DNA from: Patescibacteria group bacterium
GTDB taxonomy: Bacteria; Patescibacteriota; Patescibacteriia; UBA10025; JAHIVO01
Reading direction: 5' to 3'
Assembly: GCA_041650915.1 (NCBI GenBank)
Contig: JBAZKE010000001.1
Coordinates: 43,694-107,693 of the forward strand
Length of the DNA stretch: 64,000 bases
Part shown: positions 7,765 to 19,473 of the stretch, in pieces
Position numbering within the stretch: position 1 is the first letter of the stretch
Layout: each line of letters begins with the position of its first letter
Position numbers and translations under genes: made by a program
Notes under the pieces: generated by a model
Told to the model about the DNA's origin: nothing
Databases searched by the model: none
The model's input: only the letters and a program-made list of their open reading frames with translations

Positions 7765-10700
7765 ATGTCTACCCACGGGACTACAAAATTTGCCGATAAG
7801 CGAAAACGGTTTACCGAAATCCGTTCGGCCGTTGAGCTGCACGATTTGACCGAGGTTCAAAAAGCATCCTACGACTGGCTGCTGAAGGAAGGCCTCCGGG
7901 AACTGTTTGATGAGATTTCCCCCATCAAGGATTTTATCGGCCGCGACCTCGAGCTCTATTTTCTCAACTACTATCTGGATGAGCCGCGTTTCGATGAGCG
8001 GCTGGCAAAGGAAAAGAACATTTCATACGAAGCAGCGCTCCGCGTTGAGACGAAGCTCGTAAATAAGAAGACGGGTGAGATTAAAGAGCAGGAGGTATAC
8101 CTCGGCGACTTTCCGCTCATGACCGACCGTGGCACGTTTGTCATTAACGGAATCGAGCGCGTCGTTGTCAGCCAGCTGATCAGGTCAGCTGGTGTTTTTT
8201 TTAATTCAGAGGCGCTCCGTGGCCGCCGGTACTACGGCGCAAAAATTATCCCGAACCGCGGAGCATGGCTTGAACTCGAAACGGATGCAAACAACGTAAT
8301 TTCCGTAAAGATTGACCGAAAACGCAAGGTGCCGGTAACCGCGCTCATGCGGGCATTCGGCTACGGATCCGATGAAGAAATACTCGGGTACTTCCGCGAG
8401 GTCGATACGAATCCAGATGTTAACTATATAGAAGCGACGCTTGCGAAGGACGCTTCGCGCAATGAGGCAGAAGGCCTCAAGGAAGTGTACAAGCGTATCC
8501 GCCCGGGCGACCTCGCAACGGTCGATAATGCACGTGACCTCATCTATAAGATGTTTTTTAGCTTCGACCGGTACGATTTCGGCAGAGTTGGCCGCTATAA
8601 GATCAACCAGCGCTTTAACTTTAATTTCCCGAATGATAAGGAACACCGCGTGCTCCAGAAGAGCGACCTGATTGAGATCATCCGGGAGGTTATCAAGCTT
8701 AACAATTCGCAGAGTGAAGCGGACGACATTGACCATCTCGGCAACCGCCGCGTCCGTGCGATCGGAGAGCTCGTACAGAACAAGTTCCGCGTCGGTCTCG
8801 CCCGCATGGAGCGCATTGTCAAGGACCGCATGAGTACTCTCGATATCAATACCCTTACCCCAAATCAGCTCATCAACGCCCGGCCGATTATTGGTTCCAT
8901 CAAGGAATTTTTCATGTCTTCGCAGCTTTCACAGTTTATGGATCAGACAAATCCGCTCGCAGAGCTCGAGCACAAACGCCGCCTCTCGGCGATGGGGCCT
9001 GGTGGCCTCTCACGAGAGCGTGCTGGATTTGATGTGCGCGACGTGCACCGTACGCACTACGGCCGTATCTGCCCGATCGCCACACCCGAAGGCCCGAACA
9101 TCGGTCTCGTCGGCCACCTCTCGTGCTACGCGCGCATCAATGAGTTCGGCTTTATTGAAACTCCCTTCCGCAAGGTTATCCACGATATTGATAATAAGGC
9201 ATCGGCCACCGAGGGTGAAGTCGCCCGCGGAGATATTACGGATGCTGCAGGCACGGTCATGGTGGGCGACGGAACCGTCATTACCAAAGAGATCGCATCA
9301 AAGCTGGCGAAGTCAGAGTTGAAAACGATACCGATTAAACCGCGGGTAACTCACGAGATTGAATATCTGGATGCATTTATTGAAGAGCGGTACGTGACGA
9401 CAGCCGCGACGACGCCGATTGATGAGCGGGGCTACTTTGCCAATGAGCGTGCAGAGGTCCGTCTTCACGGCGAGCCGACAGTTGAATTGGTTTCCCGGGT
9501 CGACTACATGGACGTTGCGCCATACCAGATCATCAGCGTTACTACTGCGCTTATTCCGTTCCTCGAACACGATGATGCTGTCCGCGCACTCATGGGATCC
9601 AATATGCAGCGGCAGGCTGTTCCCTGCATCAAACCGGATGCGCCGCTCGTCGGTACCGGAGTGGAATTGCGCGCAGCGTGTGATTCCGGCCAGGTGCTCG
9701 TCAGCGAGCAGGAAGGCAAGGTTGTGCGTGCGGATGGGAATGAGATTCACGTTCTCGGGAAGAACGGCAAGGTCAAGAAGCACATTCTGAGGAAATTTAT
9801 CCGGTCAAACGCCTCAACGTGCATCAACCAGCGGCCGATCGTTGATGCCGGCGATGAGGTGCAGGTCGGCGGTGTTCTCGCGGACGGACCCGCGACCGAT
9901 GGCGGCGAGCTCGCGCTCGGGCAGAACATACTCGTCGCATTCATGCCGTGGGAAGGCGGCAACTACGAAGATGCTATCCTCATATCGGACCGCCTCGTCA
10001 ACGCGGACCGGTACACCTCGATCCATATCGAGGACTATACCGTTGACGTCCGTGATACGAAGCTCGGGCCAGAGGTCATTACGCGCGATATTCCGAATAT
10101 CGGCGAAGAGAAGCTGAAAGACCTCGACGAGGAAGGCGTTGTCCGGATCGGCGCTGAAGTTTCTTCAGGTGATATCTTGGTCGGTAAGATCACCCCGAAG
10201 GGTGAGACCGAGCTCTCAGCCGAAGAAAAGCTCCTCCGCGCGATATTCGGCGAGAAGGCAAAGGATGTTAAGGATAGTTCCCTATACCTTGAGCACGGCG
10301 AGCACGGCAAGGTTGTTGATATTAAGGTATTCTCCCGCGAGCGTGGCGATAAGCTTCCCTCAGGGATCATTAAGTCTATCCAGGTTTCTGTTGCGCAGCT
10401 TCGGAAGATACAGGTTGGGGACAAGATGGCTGGGCGCCACGGCAATAAGGGCGTTGTATCCAGGATTATCGCTGTTGAAGACATGCCGTACCTCGAGGAC
10501 GGCACGCCCGTTGATATTATCCTCAATCCGCTCGGCGTCGCTTCGCGCATGAATCTCGGGCAGATTCTCGAGACACACCTCGGCTTGGCCGCACGCAAGC
10601 TCGGCTATACGGTGGCGAGCACGCCCCTCGACGGAGTGCCTGAAGACGTGATCCGTGCCGAGCTCAAGAAGGCCGGGTTCCCGGAAGAGGGCAAGATTAC

Positions 10701-11199
10701 GCTCGTCGATGGCCGGACAGGCCAAAAGTTTGATCAGAAGGTTACCGTCGGTTATATCTACATGCTTAAGCTCAACCATATGGTTGAGGATAAGATTCAC
10801 ATGCGCTCAATCGGCCCCTACTCACTCGTGACGCAGCAACCGCTCGGCGGCAAAGCGCAGTTTGGGGGCCAGCGTTTCGGTGAAATGGAAGTGTGGGCGC
10901 TTGAAGCGTACGGCGCAGCGCATACCCTCCAAGAGATGCTGACGATCAAGTCTGATGATGTCCCCGGCCGGTCAAAAGCGTATGAAGCGATCATCAAGGG
11001 AGAGCCAATTCGGAGGCTCAATATCCCAGAGTCGTTCAATGTGCTGGTCCGTGAGCTCAAGGGCCTGTGCCTCGACGTCGATCTTATCGGCGGCAGGGAA
11101 GTATCTGCCGATGAAGAGGATAGCAGAGACAGGAGGGCGCACGCAGAAGCCGCACCGGCACCCAAGGAAAAGAAAGAAGACGATAAGGAGAAGAAATAA
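7765..11199 (+). CDS. rpoB: DNA-directed RNA polymerase subunit beta
   Basis: Unmistakable RpoB conservation throughout. The ORF track begins at TTG 7747; ATG 7765 follows GAGAGGG (7751-7757) at SD spacing and is the more likely start. Confidence 0.95.
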   Translation: MSTHGTTKFADKRKRFTEIRSAVELHDLTEVQKASYDWLLKEGLRELFDEISPIKDFIGRDLELYFLNYYLDEPRFDERLAKEKNISYEAALRVETKLVNKKTGEIKEQEVYLGDFPLMTDRGTFVINGIERVVVSQLIRSAGVFFNSEALRGRRYYGAKIIPNRGAWLELETDANNVISVKIDRKRKVPVTALMRAFGYGSDEEILGYFREVDTNPDVNYIEATLAKDASRNEAEGLKEVYKRIRPGDLATVDNARDLIYKMFFSFDRYDFGRVGRYKINQRFNFNFPNDKEHRVLQKSDLIEIIREVIKLNNSQSEADDIDHLGNRRVRAIGELVQNKFRVGLARMERIVKDRMSTLDINTLTPNQLINARPIIGSIKEFFMSSQLSQFMDQTNPLAELEHKRRLSAMGPGGLSRERAGFDVRDVHRTHYGRICPIATPEGPNIGLVGHLSCYARINEFGFIETPFRKVIHDIDNKASATEGEVARGDITDAAGTVMVGDGTVITKEIASKLAKSELKTIPIKPRVTHEIEYLDAFIEERYVTTAATTPIDERGYFANERAEVRLHGEPTVELVSRVDYMDVAPYQIISVTTALIPFLEHDDAVRALMGSNMQRQAVPCIKPDAPLVGTGVELRAACDSGQVLVSEQEGKVVRADGNEIHVLGKNGKVKKHILRKFIRSNASTCINQRPIVDAGDEVQVGGVLADGPATDGGELALGQNILVAFMPWEGGNYEDAILISDRLVNADRYTSIHIEDYTVDVRDTKLGPEVITRDIPNIGEEKLKDLDEEGVVRIGAEVSSGDILVGKITPKGETELSAEEKLLRAIFGEKAKDVKDSSLYLEHGEHGKVVDIKVFSRERGDKLPSGIIKSIQVSVAQLRKIQVGDKMAGRHGNKGVVSRIIAVEDMPYLEDGTPVDIILNPLGVASRMNLGQILETHLGLAARKLGYTVASTPLDGVPEDVIRAELKKAGFPEEGKITLVDGRTGQKFDQKVTVGYIYMLKLNHMVEDKIHMRSIGPYSLVTQQPLGGKAQFGGQRFGEMEVWALEAYGAAHTLQEMLTIKSDDVPGRSKAYEAIIKGEPIRRLNIPESFNVLVRELKGLCLDVDLIGGREVSADEEDSRDRRAHAEAAPAPKEKKEDDKEKK

Positions 11200-11208
11200 T
11201 TTTACGAT

Positions 11209-14200
11209 ATGCCAGGAGATCAGGTAAAAACTATAGATTTCAGCGCAATCCGGCTCAAACTCGCTTCGCCAGACGAGATGCTCGATTGGTCCAATGGCGA
11301 GGTAACGAAGCCCGAGACAATCAATTACCGTACCCAGAAACCGGAGAAGGACGGCTTGTTCTGCGAGAAAATTTTCGGTCCGACAAAAGACTGGGAGTGC
11401 TACTGCGGAAAGTACAAGAAGGTGCGGTATAAAGGCATTGTGTGCGATAAGTGCGGCGTCGAGGTGACACGGAGCATCGTGCGCCGCGAGCGCATGGGGC
11501 ACATCAAGCTCGCCGCACCGGTCTCCCATATTTGGTTTCTCCGTGGCGTCCCGTCAAAAATCGGCCTCGTACTCGACCTGTCAATACAGGAGCTCGAGAA
11601 GGTGGTTTACTTCGCGAGCTTTATCATTACCCACGTTGATGACGGCCTCCGGGAAGAGACGCTCAAGCAGCTCGATTCAGAGTACCAGTCAAAAAAGAAG
11701 ACGATCGAGGCGGAATTCACCAGGATAGCAAGCGATATCAAGCAGCGCAAAGCTGATGAGGTTGCCAAGCAGCAGGACACCGCCAAGCAAAAGAAGCTAA
11801 TCGCTGAGATTGACGAAGAGCTGAAGTCGAACAGTCAAATTCGGGATGAGAAACTTCGCGATTTATCGGAAGCTGTCGATCTGGCCAAGAAGGAGCTGCG
11901 CGGACTGCAGCCGCTCCAGATAATTTCTGAGCAGATGTACCGGGACCTCTCACTGAAGTACGGGCACGTATTTGAGGCGAATATCGGTGCTGAGGCGGTC
12001 CACGAGCTCCTCAATAATATTGACCTTACTCAGGAGATCAAGCGTATCAATGACGAGATCACCAACTCGCCCGAGAGCAAGCGGCGCAGGGCAGTCCGTC
12101 GCCTGAAGCTGTTCAAGAACCTCCAGATCAACAAGATACGGCCAGAGTGGATGATATTGAATGTCCTGCCGGTCATCCCGCCGGATCTCCGTCCGATGGT
12201 ACAGCTCGACGGCGGCCGCTTCGCAGCGTCAGACCTCAACGATCTCTACCGCCGTGTCATCAACCGCAATAACCGCCTTAAGAGGCTCATTGCGCTCAAC
12301 GCGCCGGAGGTAATCCAGCGGAACGAGAAGCGGATGCTCCAGGAAGCTGTTGATGCGCTCATCGATAACAATGCGCGGCACGGCAAGACCGTCACTGCTT
12401 CTACCGGCCAGAAGCGCATGCTCAAGTCGCTGGCAGATATCCTCAAGGGTAAACAGGGCCGGTTTAGGCAGAATCTGCTCGGTAAGCGCGTGGACTACTC
12501 AGGCCGTTCGGTGATCGTCGTCGGCCCGCACCTCAAGATGAGCCAGTGCGGTCTGCCGAAACGGATGGCGCTCGAGCTCTTCAAACCGTTCATCATCAGC
12601 CAGCTCATCAAGCGTGAATATGTGCACAACGTCAGGAGCGCCGGCAGATTTATTGAGGGCGGCAGGCCCGAGGTGTGGGATATCCTCGAAGAGGTTACCC
12701 GGGGTGCACACGTGCTGCTCAATCGGGCCCCGACCCTGCACCGTCTCGGCATCCAGGCGTTCAGCCCCGTGTTGATTGAGGGCAAGGCTATCCAAATTCA
12801 TCCGCTCGTCTGCTCGGCGTTCAATGCCGACTTTGACGGAGACCAGATGGCTGTCCATGTACCGCTGACCGAAAGCGCAAAGAAAGAGGCCGCTACCGTG
12901 ATTGCCTCGGTGAAGAACCTCCTGAAGCCCGCAACGGGCATTCCGATTATTACGCCGACCCAGGATATTGTGCTCGGCTGTTACTATCTGACCATGATGC
13001 ACCAGGACGAGCCGAAGACGGTACACCACTTCAGCTCATTCGATGAAGTGATGATGGCTTACCAGCTCGATCAGATCCACATTCAGGAAAAAATCGTCGT
13101 GAAGCAGGGCAAGAAGCTGCTCAAAACATCGGCAGGCAGAATTATCTTCAACAGCATCGTGCCGGAAGAAATGGGCTTCATCAACGAGATGATGGATCGC
13201 AAGACTCTCTCGCTGCTCATCAGCACTGCGCTCGGGCAGCTCGAGGATGAGCGCGTTGTCCGCTTCGTCGATGAGCTCAAGGCGCTCGCACTCCGCTACC
13301 TGACGTTCTCCGGCATCAGCTGGGGCATGGGGGATCTCGTCACGCCAAAGGATAAGTATGAAATAATCGCTGGCGCCGAAAAGCAGATCGAGGAGATACA
13401 CTCGCACTACGATCAGGGCTTACTCACGGGCGAAGAGCGGCACACGAAGGTTATCGGCGTCTGGGCCCAGGCGAAAGACAAGGTACAGAAGGTCAGCCGT
13501 GAATCCCTTGACCGGTACGGATCGGTTTTTTCTATGATTGAGTCCGGCGCCCGCGGTTCATGGGCACAGACGACCCAAATGATGGGTATGAAGGGCCTTG
13601 TGACAAACCCGGCCGGTGAAACCATCGAGCTGCCTGTCCGCGGAAGCTTCAAAGAAGGGTTTGACGTGCTCGAGTACTTTATCTCAACGCACGGCGCCCG
13701 GAAAGGCCTGTCGGATACCGCCCTGAGAACTGCGAATGCTGGGTATCTCACCCGGCGCCTCGTCGATGTTTCACAGGACGTCATCATTACCGAGGAGGAC
13801 TGTAAGGATACCGAAGGGTTCACGATCACGAGGGCAGAGTGTGATGACATGGGCGAAACATTTGAAGATCGCATACTCGGGCGTACAACGCTCGAGAGCA
13901 TCGTTGATTCGAAGAAAAACGTTATTGTTAAAAAGGGCAGCATCATTACGGTCGATGTCCTCCCGGTCATTACAGCGCTGAAGCTTGAGAAGCTGACGCT
14001 CCGGTCGGTCATGCGGTGCAAATCCCGCTGGGGGCTGTGCAGGAAGTGCTACGGATATGATCTTGGCCATAATGCGCTCGTTGAGCCGGGAACCGCGGTC
14101 GGCATTATCGCCGCGCAGAGCATCGGCGAACCAGGCACACAGCTGACTATGAGGACGTTCCACACCGGTGGTGTGGCGGGTAAAGATATTACACAGGGCC

Positions 14201-15066
14201 TCCCGCGTGTCGAAGAAATTTTTGAAGCCCGTCCGATACGCCGCCCGGCGTTAATCGCTGCGGTCACCGGCGTTGCGAAGGTCGTCGAAGAGAGCAAGGG
14301 AGTTAAGACTATCATCATTACCTACTCCGACAACGAATCTGTGAGCTATCCGATACCAAAGGTAAAATCAGCCAAGGTGCTCGTCAAGAACGGCAGCACC
14401 GTTCGGGCAGGCCAGGCGCTCATCGCCACGGATAAAGGTGAGGTAACGGCGAAGTCCGGTGGCACGGTTCGGGTCGGCGATAAAGAGTTGGCCGTGACCG
14501 GCGAAGCGGAAAAAACCAAGGAGTATCCCATCCCCACCGGCCAGATCAGCTGGGTCAATACCGGCGACCTCGTCAACAAGGGCGACCAGCTCACTGATGG
14601 CAGCATTGACCTCCATCAGCTGTTTTACCTGTCAGGCCAGGAAGCGGTAGAGCGCTACATACTCAAAGAAATTCAGTACATTTACTCTTCCCAAGGCCAG
14701 AAGCTCAACGATAAGCATATTGAGATTGTGATTCGGCAGATGTTTTCGCGGATGTACATCAAAGAGCCCGGGGACACCAGTTTCTTATCAGGTGAAATCA
14801 TCGAGCGGAGCAAACTCATCGAGGAAAACCATGTGATCGAAAAGAGGGGCGCCAAAACGGCAGAGGTAGATCAGCTGCTGCTCGGCATCACGAAGGCGTC
14901 GCTTTCGATCGACAGCTTCCTGTCCGCAGCGTCATTCCAGGAGACTGCTCGTGTACTGATCGATGCTGCCGTTTCCGGCAAGGTCGATAACCTCCGCGGC
15001 CTCAAGGAAAACGTTATCATAGGCAAGCTGATACCGGCCGGTACCGGCTACCACCCTGAAGCGTAA
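11209..15066 (+). CDS. rpoC: DNA-directed RNA polymerase subunit beta'
   Basis: 1285 aa. N-terminal zinc-binding CX2C..CX2C, NADFDGD catalytic motif, bridge helix and trigger loop. Contains a Lys/Glu-rich coiled-coil insertion after the zinc-binding region. Confidence 0.95.
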   Translation: MPGDQVKTIDFSAIRLKLASPDEMLDWSNGEVTKPETINYRTQKPEKDGLFCEKIFGPTKDWECYCGKYKKVRYKGIVCDKCGVEVTRSIVRRERMGHIKLAAPVSHIWFLRGVPSKIGLVLDLSIQELEKVVYFASFIITHVDDGLREETLKQLDSEYQSKKKTIEAEFTRIASDIKQRKADEVAKQQDTAKQKKLIAEIDEELKSNSQIRDEKLRDLSEAVDLAKKELRGLQPLQIISEQMYRDLSLKYGHVFEANIGAEAVHELLNNIDLTQEIKRINDEITNSPESKRRRAVRRLKLFKNLQINKIRPEWMILNVLPVIPPDLRPMVQLDGGRFAASDLNDLYRRVINRNNRLKRLIALNAPEVIQRNEKRMLQEAVDALIDNNARHGKTVTASTGQKRMLKSLADILKGKQGRFRQNLLGKRVDYSGRSVIVVGPHLKMSQCGLPKRMALELFKPFIISQLIKREYVHNVRSAGRFIEGGRPEVWDILEEVTRGAHVLLNRAPTLHRLGIQAFSPVLIEGKAIQIHPLVCSAFNADFDGDQMAVHVPLTESAKKEAATVIASVKNLLKPATGIPIITPTQDIVLGCYYLTMMHQDEPKTVHHFSSFDEVMMAYQLDQIHIQEKIVVKQGKKLLKTSAGRIIFNSIVPEEMGFINEMMDRKTLSLLISTALGQLEDERVVRFVDELKALALRYLTFSGISWGMGDLVTPKDKYEIIAGAEKQIEEIHSHYDQGLLTGEERHTKVIGVWAQAKDKVQKVSRESLDRYGSVFSMIESGARGSWAQTTQMMGMKGLVTNPAGETIELPVRGSFKEGFDVLEYFISTHGARKGLSDTALRTANAGYLTRRLVDVSQDVIITEEDCKDTEGFTITRAECDDMGETFEDRILGRTTLESIVDSKKNVIVKKGSIITVDVLPVITALKLEKLTLRSVMRCKSRWGLCRKCYGYDLGHNALVEPGTAVGIIAAQSIGEPGTQLTMRTFHTGGVAGKDITQGLPRVEEIFEARPIRRPALIAAVTGVAKVVEESKGVKTIIITYSDNESVSYPIPKVKSAKVLVKNGSTVRAGQALIATDKGEVTAKSGGTVRVGDKELAVTGEAEKTKEYPIPTGQISWVNTGDLVNKGDQLTDGSIDLHQLFYLSGQEAVERYILKEIQYIYSSQGQKLNDKHIEIVIRQMFSRMYIKEPGDTSFLSGEIIERSKLIEENHVIEKRGAKTAEVDQLLLGITKASLSIDSFLSAASFQETARVLIDAAVSGKVDNLRGLKENVIIGKLIPAGTGYHPEA

Positions 15067-15124
15067 TTTCTCCGCAGCCTAAAAAAATGACCTTCCCACG
15101 GTGAGCAGTGAAGGCGGTTTTACA

Positions 15125-15153
15125 TTGAAAGGGGCGGGGAGAAGTGGTAAACT
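15125..15153 (+). promoter_or_regulatory. candidate promoter for ftsK (TTGAAA-17-TAAACT)
   Basis: Hexamers at 15125-15130 and 15148-15153 with a 17-nt spacer, in the 99-nt rpoC-ftsK gap. Confidence 0.3.
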
Positions 15154-15165
15154 GTACATACATTC

Positions 15166-17505
15166 ATGGCAATAAAACCAAAAAAGAAAGAATATCTCAA
15201 GCGGTACAGAAAGGAAGCGCGGCATGAAGGCAGTATTGAGCGGGGGGATGATGAAGCTTCTCCGTCGTACCTCAAACCGGAAACCAAGAATGGCATCGCT
15301 GTCGTTTTGGTGTTCATGCTCGCTGTGCTGCTGTTTCTGAGCTTGTTTGGCTGGGCGGGAGCGCTCGGATCCGGACTCGATACAGCCATGCGGCATCTCT
15401 TCGGTTGGGTTCGGTATGCAGTGCCGGTTGTGCTGCTCGTCATCGGCTACTTGCTCGCCCGGCCGAATCGGTACGTTCTGAAAACATCAAACTATATAGG
15501 ACTCGGGATACTCATCCTGTCAGGCGCCGGATTTTTGCACCTCATCGCGGTGCCGTTTGCGGAGGCGATGGCGAATCTCGGTTCGGGAGAAGGGGGAGGT
15601 TACGCAGGGCTCGTACTCTACTACCCGCTGTACAAGCTGATGGGCCCGTGGGCGGCTGGGGTCGTTTTGTTTGCACTCTTCATCGTTGCGCTCCTCGTAA
15701 TGTTTGACGTATCACTCGCTAAGCTCTACCGTAGCGGTACTATCATCAGGCGGATTTCGAGACGGCTCGGAGATTTCTGGTACCGCCTCAAGAGTAACCT
15801 GGACGCGACCCAGGATAACGAGGAAATTTCAGGAGAGAGCCAACCTGATGCGCCAGAGGCCCCTACAGCGGGCGCTGATGCAGAGTTTGAGGTACGCTCT
15901 GTCGTCGATGAGGCGCGGCCGGCTGACGGCGGGGATGATACGCCTGCCCACGGCCAGCTTGAAATTTTGCCGAAGAAAAAGCGGGTTGTGCGCAAGATTG
16001 ACATACCCGTTAACCTGCTCGAAACCAACAATACCCGCCCGACGAGCGGTGATATTGAAGCGCACAAGGCGAAGATACAGACAACGCTTGAAAATTTTGG
16101 CATTGAGGTCGAGATGGGAGAAACTAAGGTGGGGCCAACCGTTACCCAGTATACACTCAAACCGGCAGAGGGGGTTAAGCTCTCACAGATTACGACGCTC
16201 GCAAATGATCTTGCGCTCGCGCTCGCCGCGCATCCGATCCGCATCGAAGCTCCGATACCGGGCAAGTCACTCGTCGGCGTTGAGGTCCCGAACGAAGCAG
16301 TCGCCGTCGTAAAGCTTAAAGAGGTGCTCGAGAGCCGCGAGTATAAGAAGTGGACGTCGAAGTTGACGATCGGGATCGGCAAGGACGTCGCCGGGCACGT
16401 ATGGCTCGCCGACCTTGATCCGATGCCGCACCTGCTTATCGCGGGCGCGACGGGGTCAGGCAAATCCGTATGCCTCAATAGCATACTCTTGAGCCTGCTC
16501 TACCGCAATTCCCCCGATGAGCTCAAGCTGATCCTCGTCGATCCGAAGCGGGTCGAGCTGACGATCTACAACGGAATTCCTCACCTGCTGACGCCCGTGA
16601 TTACGGATATTCAGAAGACGATCAATGCGCTGCGGTGGGTTGTTGCTGAGATGGATCGGCGGTTTGAACTGCTCTCAAAGACCGGGCACCGGGATATCCA
16701 CGCGTACAACAGGGACAACGGCAACGAGATGCCGTACCTCATCCTCGCTATCGACGAGCTCGCCGACCTGATGTCGGTTGCGGCGAATGAAGTTGAGGGC
16801 GCAATCATCCGGCTCGCGCAGATGGCGCGTGCCGTAGGCATCCACCTCATCCTCGCCACCCAGCGGCCGTCGGTTGACATTATCACCGGGCTCATCAAGG
16901 CAAATATTACATCCCGCATCGCATTTTCAGTCGCTTCGCTCATCGACTCCCGCACCATACTCGACATGTCCGGGGCTGAGAAGCTCCTCGGAAGGGGCGA
17001 TATGCTCTATATGTCACCGCAGATTTCAAAACCGAAGCGGCTGCAGGGTGCCTACGTTACCGACCAGGAGATAACCCGGGTCGTTGAATTCTTGAAGGAT
17101 AAGGGGCGGCCCCACTATATAGATGACGTTACGGAAAAGGTCATCGACCGGACGCTCCAGGGAAACTTTGAGGATATCGGAGATGATGAATTGCTTGAGC
17201 AGGCGCGGGACCTCGTTATCAAAGCCGGCAAGGCATCAGCCTCTTTCCTGCAGCGGCGGTTGAGGATTGGGTACGCGCGTGCGGCTAGGCTTCTCGATAT
17301 TCTCGAGGACCAGGGCATTATTGGGCCTGGAGACGGCGCAAAGCCCCGGGACATTTTACTCCCCCGCGGAAGCTCGGATGCCGCTCCGCTTGAAGGTGGC
17401 GCGGAAGAGCTCGACGAGGATGATGATGGAGAAGCTGATGACGGTGAGGCCAAAGAAGAAGAATCTAGTGAGGATGAGGATAGCGTGGAAGATCGAGAGC
17501 GGTAG
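15166..17505 (+). CDS. ftsK: DNA translocase FtsK/SpoIIIE
   Basis: 779 aa. N-terminal multi-TM region, acidic linker, motor domain with Walker A LIAGATGSGKSVCLNS and Walker B ILAIDELADL, and a C-terminal gamma-domain-like winged helix. Confidence 0.9.
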   Translation: MAIKPKKKEYLKRYRKEARHEGSIERGDDEASPSYLKPETKNGIAVVLVFMLAVLLFLSLFGWAGALGSGLDTAMRHLFGWVRYAVPVVLLVIGYLLARPNRYVLKTSNYIGLGILILSGAGFLHLIAVPFAEAMANLGSGEGGGYAGLVLYYPLYKLMGPWAAGVVLFALFIVALLVMFDVSLAKLYRSGTIIRRISRRLGDFWYRLKSNLDATQDNEEISGESQPDAPEAPTAGADAEFEVRSVVDEARPADGGDDTPAHGQLEILPKKKRVVRKIDIPVNLLETNNTRPTSGDIEAHKAKIQTTLENFGIEVEMGETKVGPTVTQYTLKPAEGVKLSQITTLANDLALALAAHPIRIEAPIPGKSLVGVEVPNEAVAVVKLKEVLESREYKKWTSKLTIGIGKDVAGHVWLADLDPMPHLLIAGATGSGKSVCLNSILLSLLYRNSPDELKLILVDPKRVELTIYNGIPHLLTPVITDIQKTINALRWVVAEMDRRFELLSKTGHRDIHAYNRDNGNEMPYLILAIDELADLMSVAANEVEGAIIRLAQMARAVGIHLILATQRPSVDIITGLIKANITSRIAFSVASLIDSRTILDMSGAEKLLGRGDMLYMSPQISKPKRLQGAYVTDQEITRVVEFLKDKGRPHYIDDVTEKVIDRTLQGNFEDIGDDELLEQARDLVIKAGKASASFLQRRLRIGYARAARLLDILEDQGIIGPGDGAKPRDILLPRGSSDAAPLEGGAEELDEDDDGEADDGEAKEEESSEDEDSVEDRER

Positions 17506-17511
17506 TGGCCT

Positions 17512-18180
17512 ATGGTAGAGTTTACAAAACGTCAAATGGAGCGCTCCAAAACGCTCGGAGAGCGGCTCCGCAAGGTGAGAGAGGAGGCAGGGGTGAGCCT
17601 CGATGAGGCGGCATCGGCGACACAGATACAGCGGACATACCTCACCGCACTCGAAGAGGGGAATTATTCCATCCTCCCCGGGCCTGTCTACGTTGAAAGT
17701 TTTTTAAAAAAGTACGCAGAGTACCTCAAGGTCAGCAGTTCGTTTGTGCTGAACCTGTACCGCCAGCAGGATAAAAAGATTGTGCAGCGCGGCTACACGC
17801 TGAACTCGTTTCTTCCTGAGCGCCAGTCGCAGCGGGATATCATAACGCCGAAGCTCATTCGAAATGCCAGCATCGTATTGGTTGTGGCAAGCTTGCTGGC
17901 GTATATTATCCTTGAGGTTGCGAATGTCTTTTCTCCGCCGTCACTCACCATCGATAGCCCGCAGGACTTCACGAGCGTCACGGAGGGTACCATAACGGTT
18001 ATGGGCACGACTGAGCCGGAGTCTGAGCTGACAATAAACGGGCGCCAGGTGTACCTCGATCCGTCCGGGCGGTTCAGCGTGGCAGTTAATTTAACGGAAG
18101 GGGTCAACGAGATCATCGTGACCGCGACGAAGAAGCGGAGCAAGCCGACGACGGTGCAGCGGAGCGTAATACTGGAGTAG
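17512..18180 (+). CDS. rodZ: RodZ-like protein (XRE-type HTH + single TM + extracytoplasmic beta domain)
   Basis: 222 aa. HTH (LGERLRKVREEAGVSLDEAASATQIQRTYLTALEEGNY), a GPVYVESFLKKYAEYL motif typical of RodZ, a TM helix (ASIVLVVASLLAYIILEV), and a C-terminal beta-rich domain. Confidence 0.5.
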   Translation: MVEFTKRQMERSKTLGERLRKVREEAGVSLDEAASATQIQRTYLTALEEGNYSILPGPVYVESFLKKYAEYLKVSSSFVLNLYRQQDKKIVQRGYTLNSFLPERQSQRDIITPKLIRNASIVLVVASLLAYIILEVANVFSPPSLTIDSPQDFTSVTEGTITVMGTTEPESELTINGRQVYLDPSGRFSVAVNLTEGVNEIIVTATKKRSKPTTVQRSVILE

Positions 18181-18226
18181 GGCACTTAAAAGAGTTTACG
18201 AATAATTAACGGGGAGTCTAAATCAT

Positions 18227-19258
18227 ATGCAAAAACAAGTTAAAAAAACGGATCCGGCGAGCAGCGGAAAACGGCGAGCAGCCGAGGAGGCGATCGCGCA
18301 GATTCGGGAGCGTTTTGGGGATGGCTCAATCATGAAACTCGGTGAGGCGACGAGGATGGAGGTTGACGTGGTGCCTACCGGGTGCCTCTCACTCGACCTT
18401 GCGCTCGGGGTAGGCGGCGTGCCGCGCGGGCGGATTATTGAGATATACGGACCGGAGGCTTCCGGCAAGACGACGCTCGCCCAGCACATCGTCGCGTCTG
18501 TCCAGCGGCTCGGGGGGACGGCAGCTTTTGTGGATGCGGAGCACGCTCTTGACCCAACCTATGCTAAAAAGATCGGCGTCAACGTTGATGACCTCCTCAT
18601 CTCACAGCCCGATACCGGGGAGCAGGCGCTCGAGATAACCGAGACGCTCGTTCGTTCGAATGGCGTTGATGTCGTTGTGATTGATTCTGTCGCGGCGCTT
18701 ACGCCTAAGGCCGAGATTGAGGGTGACATGGGCGACTCGCACATGGGGCTGCAGGCCCGGCTCATGAGCCAGGCGCTTCGTAAGCTCGCGAGCATTGTAT
18801 CGAAAACCAAGACGGTCGTGATTTTTATCAACCAGACACGCATGAAGATTGGAGTCTTCTTCGGCAATCCGGAAACGACAACGGGCGGCATGGCCCTCAA
18901 GTTTTATGCGTCGGTCCGGGTTGAGGTCAGGCGTGCGGCGCAGATCAAGAAGGGAGAGCAGTCAATCGGCAACCGCGTCAAGTGTAAGATCGTGAAGAAC
19001 AAGGTAGCGCCTCCTTTCCGGACCTGTGAGTTCGATATCATGTACAATGAGGGCATCTCTATCGCAGGTGACGTGCTTGATGCCGGCGTTCTCCATAAGG
19101 TCATACAGAAGAGCGGCAATTCGTTTTCATACGGTGAGGTTAAGCTCGGCGTCGGGCATGAGACGGCGCGCCAGTATCTGCGGCAGAATCCGAAGGTCGT
19201 CGAGGACATCAAGAAACGCGTCACCGAGGCAGTCCGTCAAGAAGAGCGCGAGGAGTAG
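18227..19258 (+). CDS. recA: recombinase RecA
   Basis: 343 aa. Walker [13 protein letters not shown]1/L2 loops and canonical RecA conservation. GGGGAG RBS at 18212-18217. Confidence 0.95.
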   Translation: MQKQVKKTDPASSGKRRAAEEAIAQIRERFGDGSIMKLGEATRMEVDVVPTGCLSLDLALGVGGVPRGRIIEIYGPEASGKTTLAQHIVASVQRLGGTAAFVDAEHALDPTYAKKIGVNVDDLLISQPDTGEQALEITETLVRSNGVDVVVIDSVAALTPKAEIEGDMGDSHMGLQARLMSQALRKLASIVSKTKTVVIFINQTRMKIGVFFGNPETTTGGMALKFYASVRVEVRRAAQIKKGEQSIGNRVKCKIVKNKVAPPFRTCEFDIMYNEGISIAGDVLDAGVLHKVIQKSGNSFSYGEVKLGVGHETARQYLRQNPKVVEDIKKRVTEAVRQEEREE

Positions 19259-19473
19259 CGGAGATTTGGCTTATCGCTTTATAAGAGAGCTTCGTTGCGA
19301 GGCTGCGTTTCGGCGTACACAAGAAGCTTTTGTTGAGGCATGCTGCCTCCAGCCGCTAACGTTGGCAGATAGTCCATAGCGGATTAACGCCATTTATGAT
19401 GGGATTGCTTTTTTAACGCGCTTGATTACAATAATACTGAAAGCAAAAAGTAAAAACCAAAGAGACAGGAGGA

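Noticed and set aside
15090-15120. Putative terminator after rpoC (CCTTC..GAAGG then GGTTTTA)
   Set aside because: Only a 5-bp stem with a 14-nt loop and a weak U-run, too weak to call. ftsK may be co-transcribed or use the candidate promoter at 15125.
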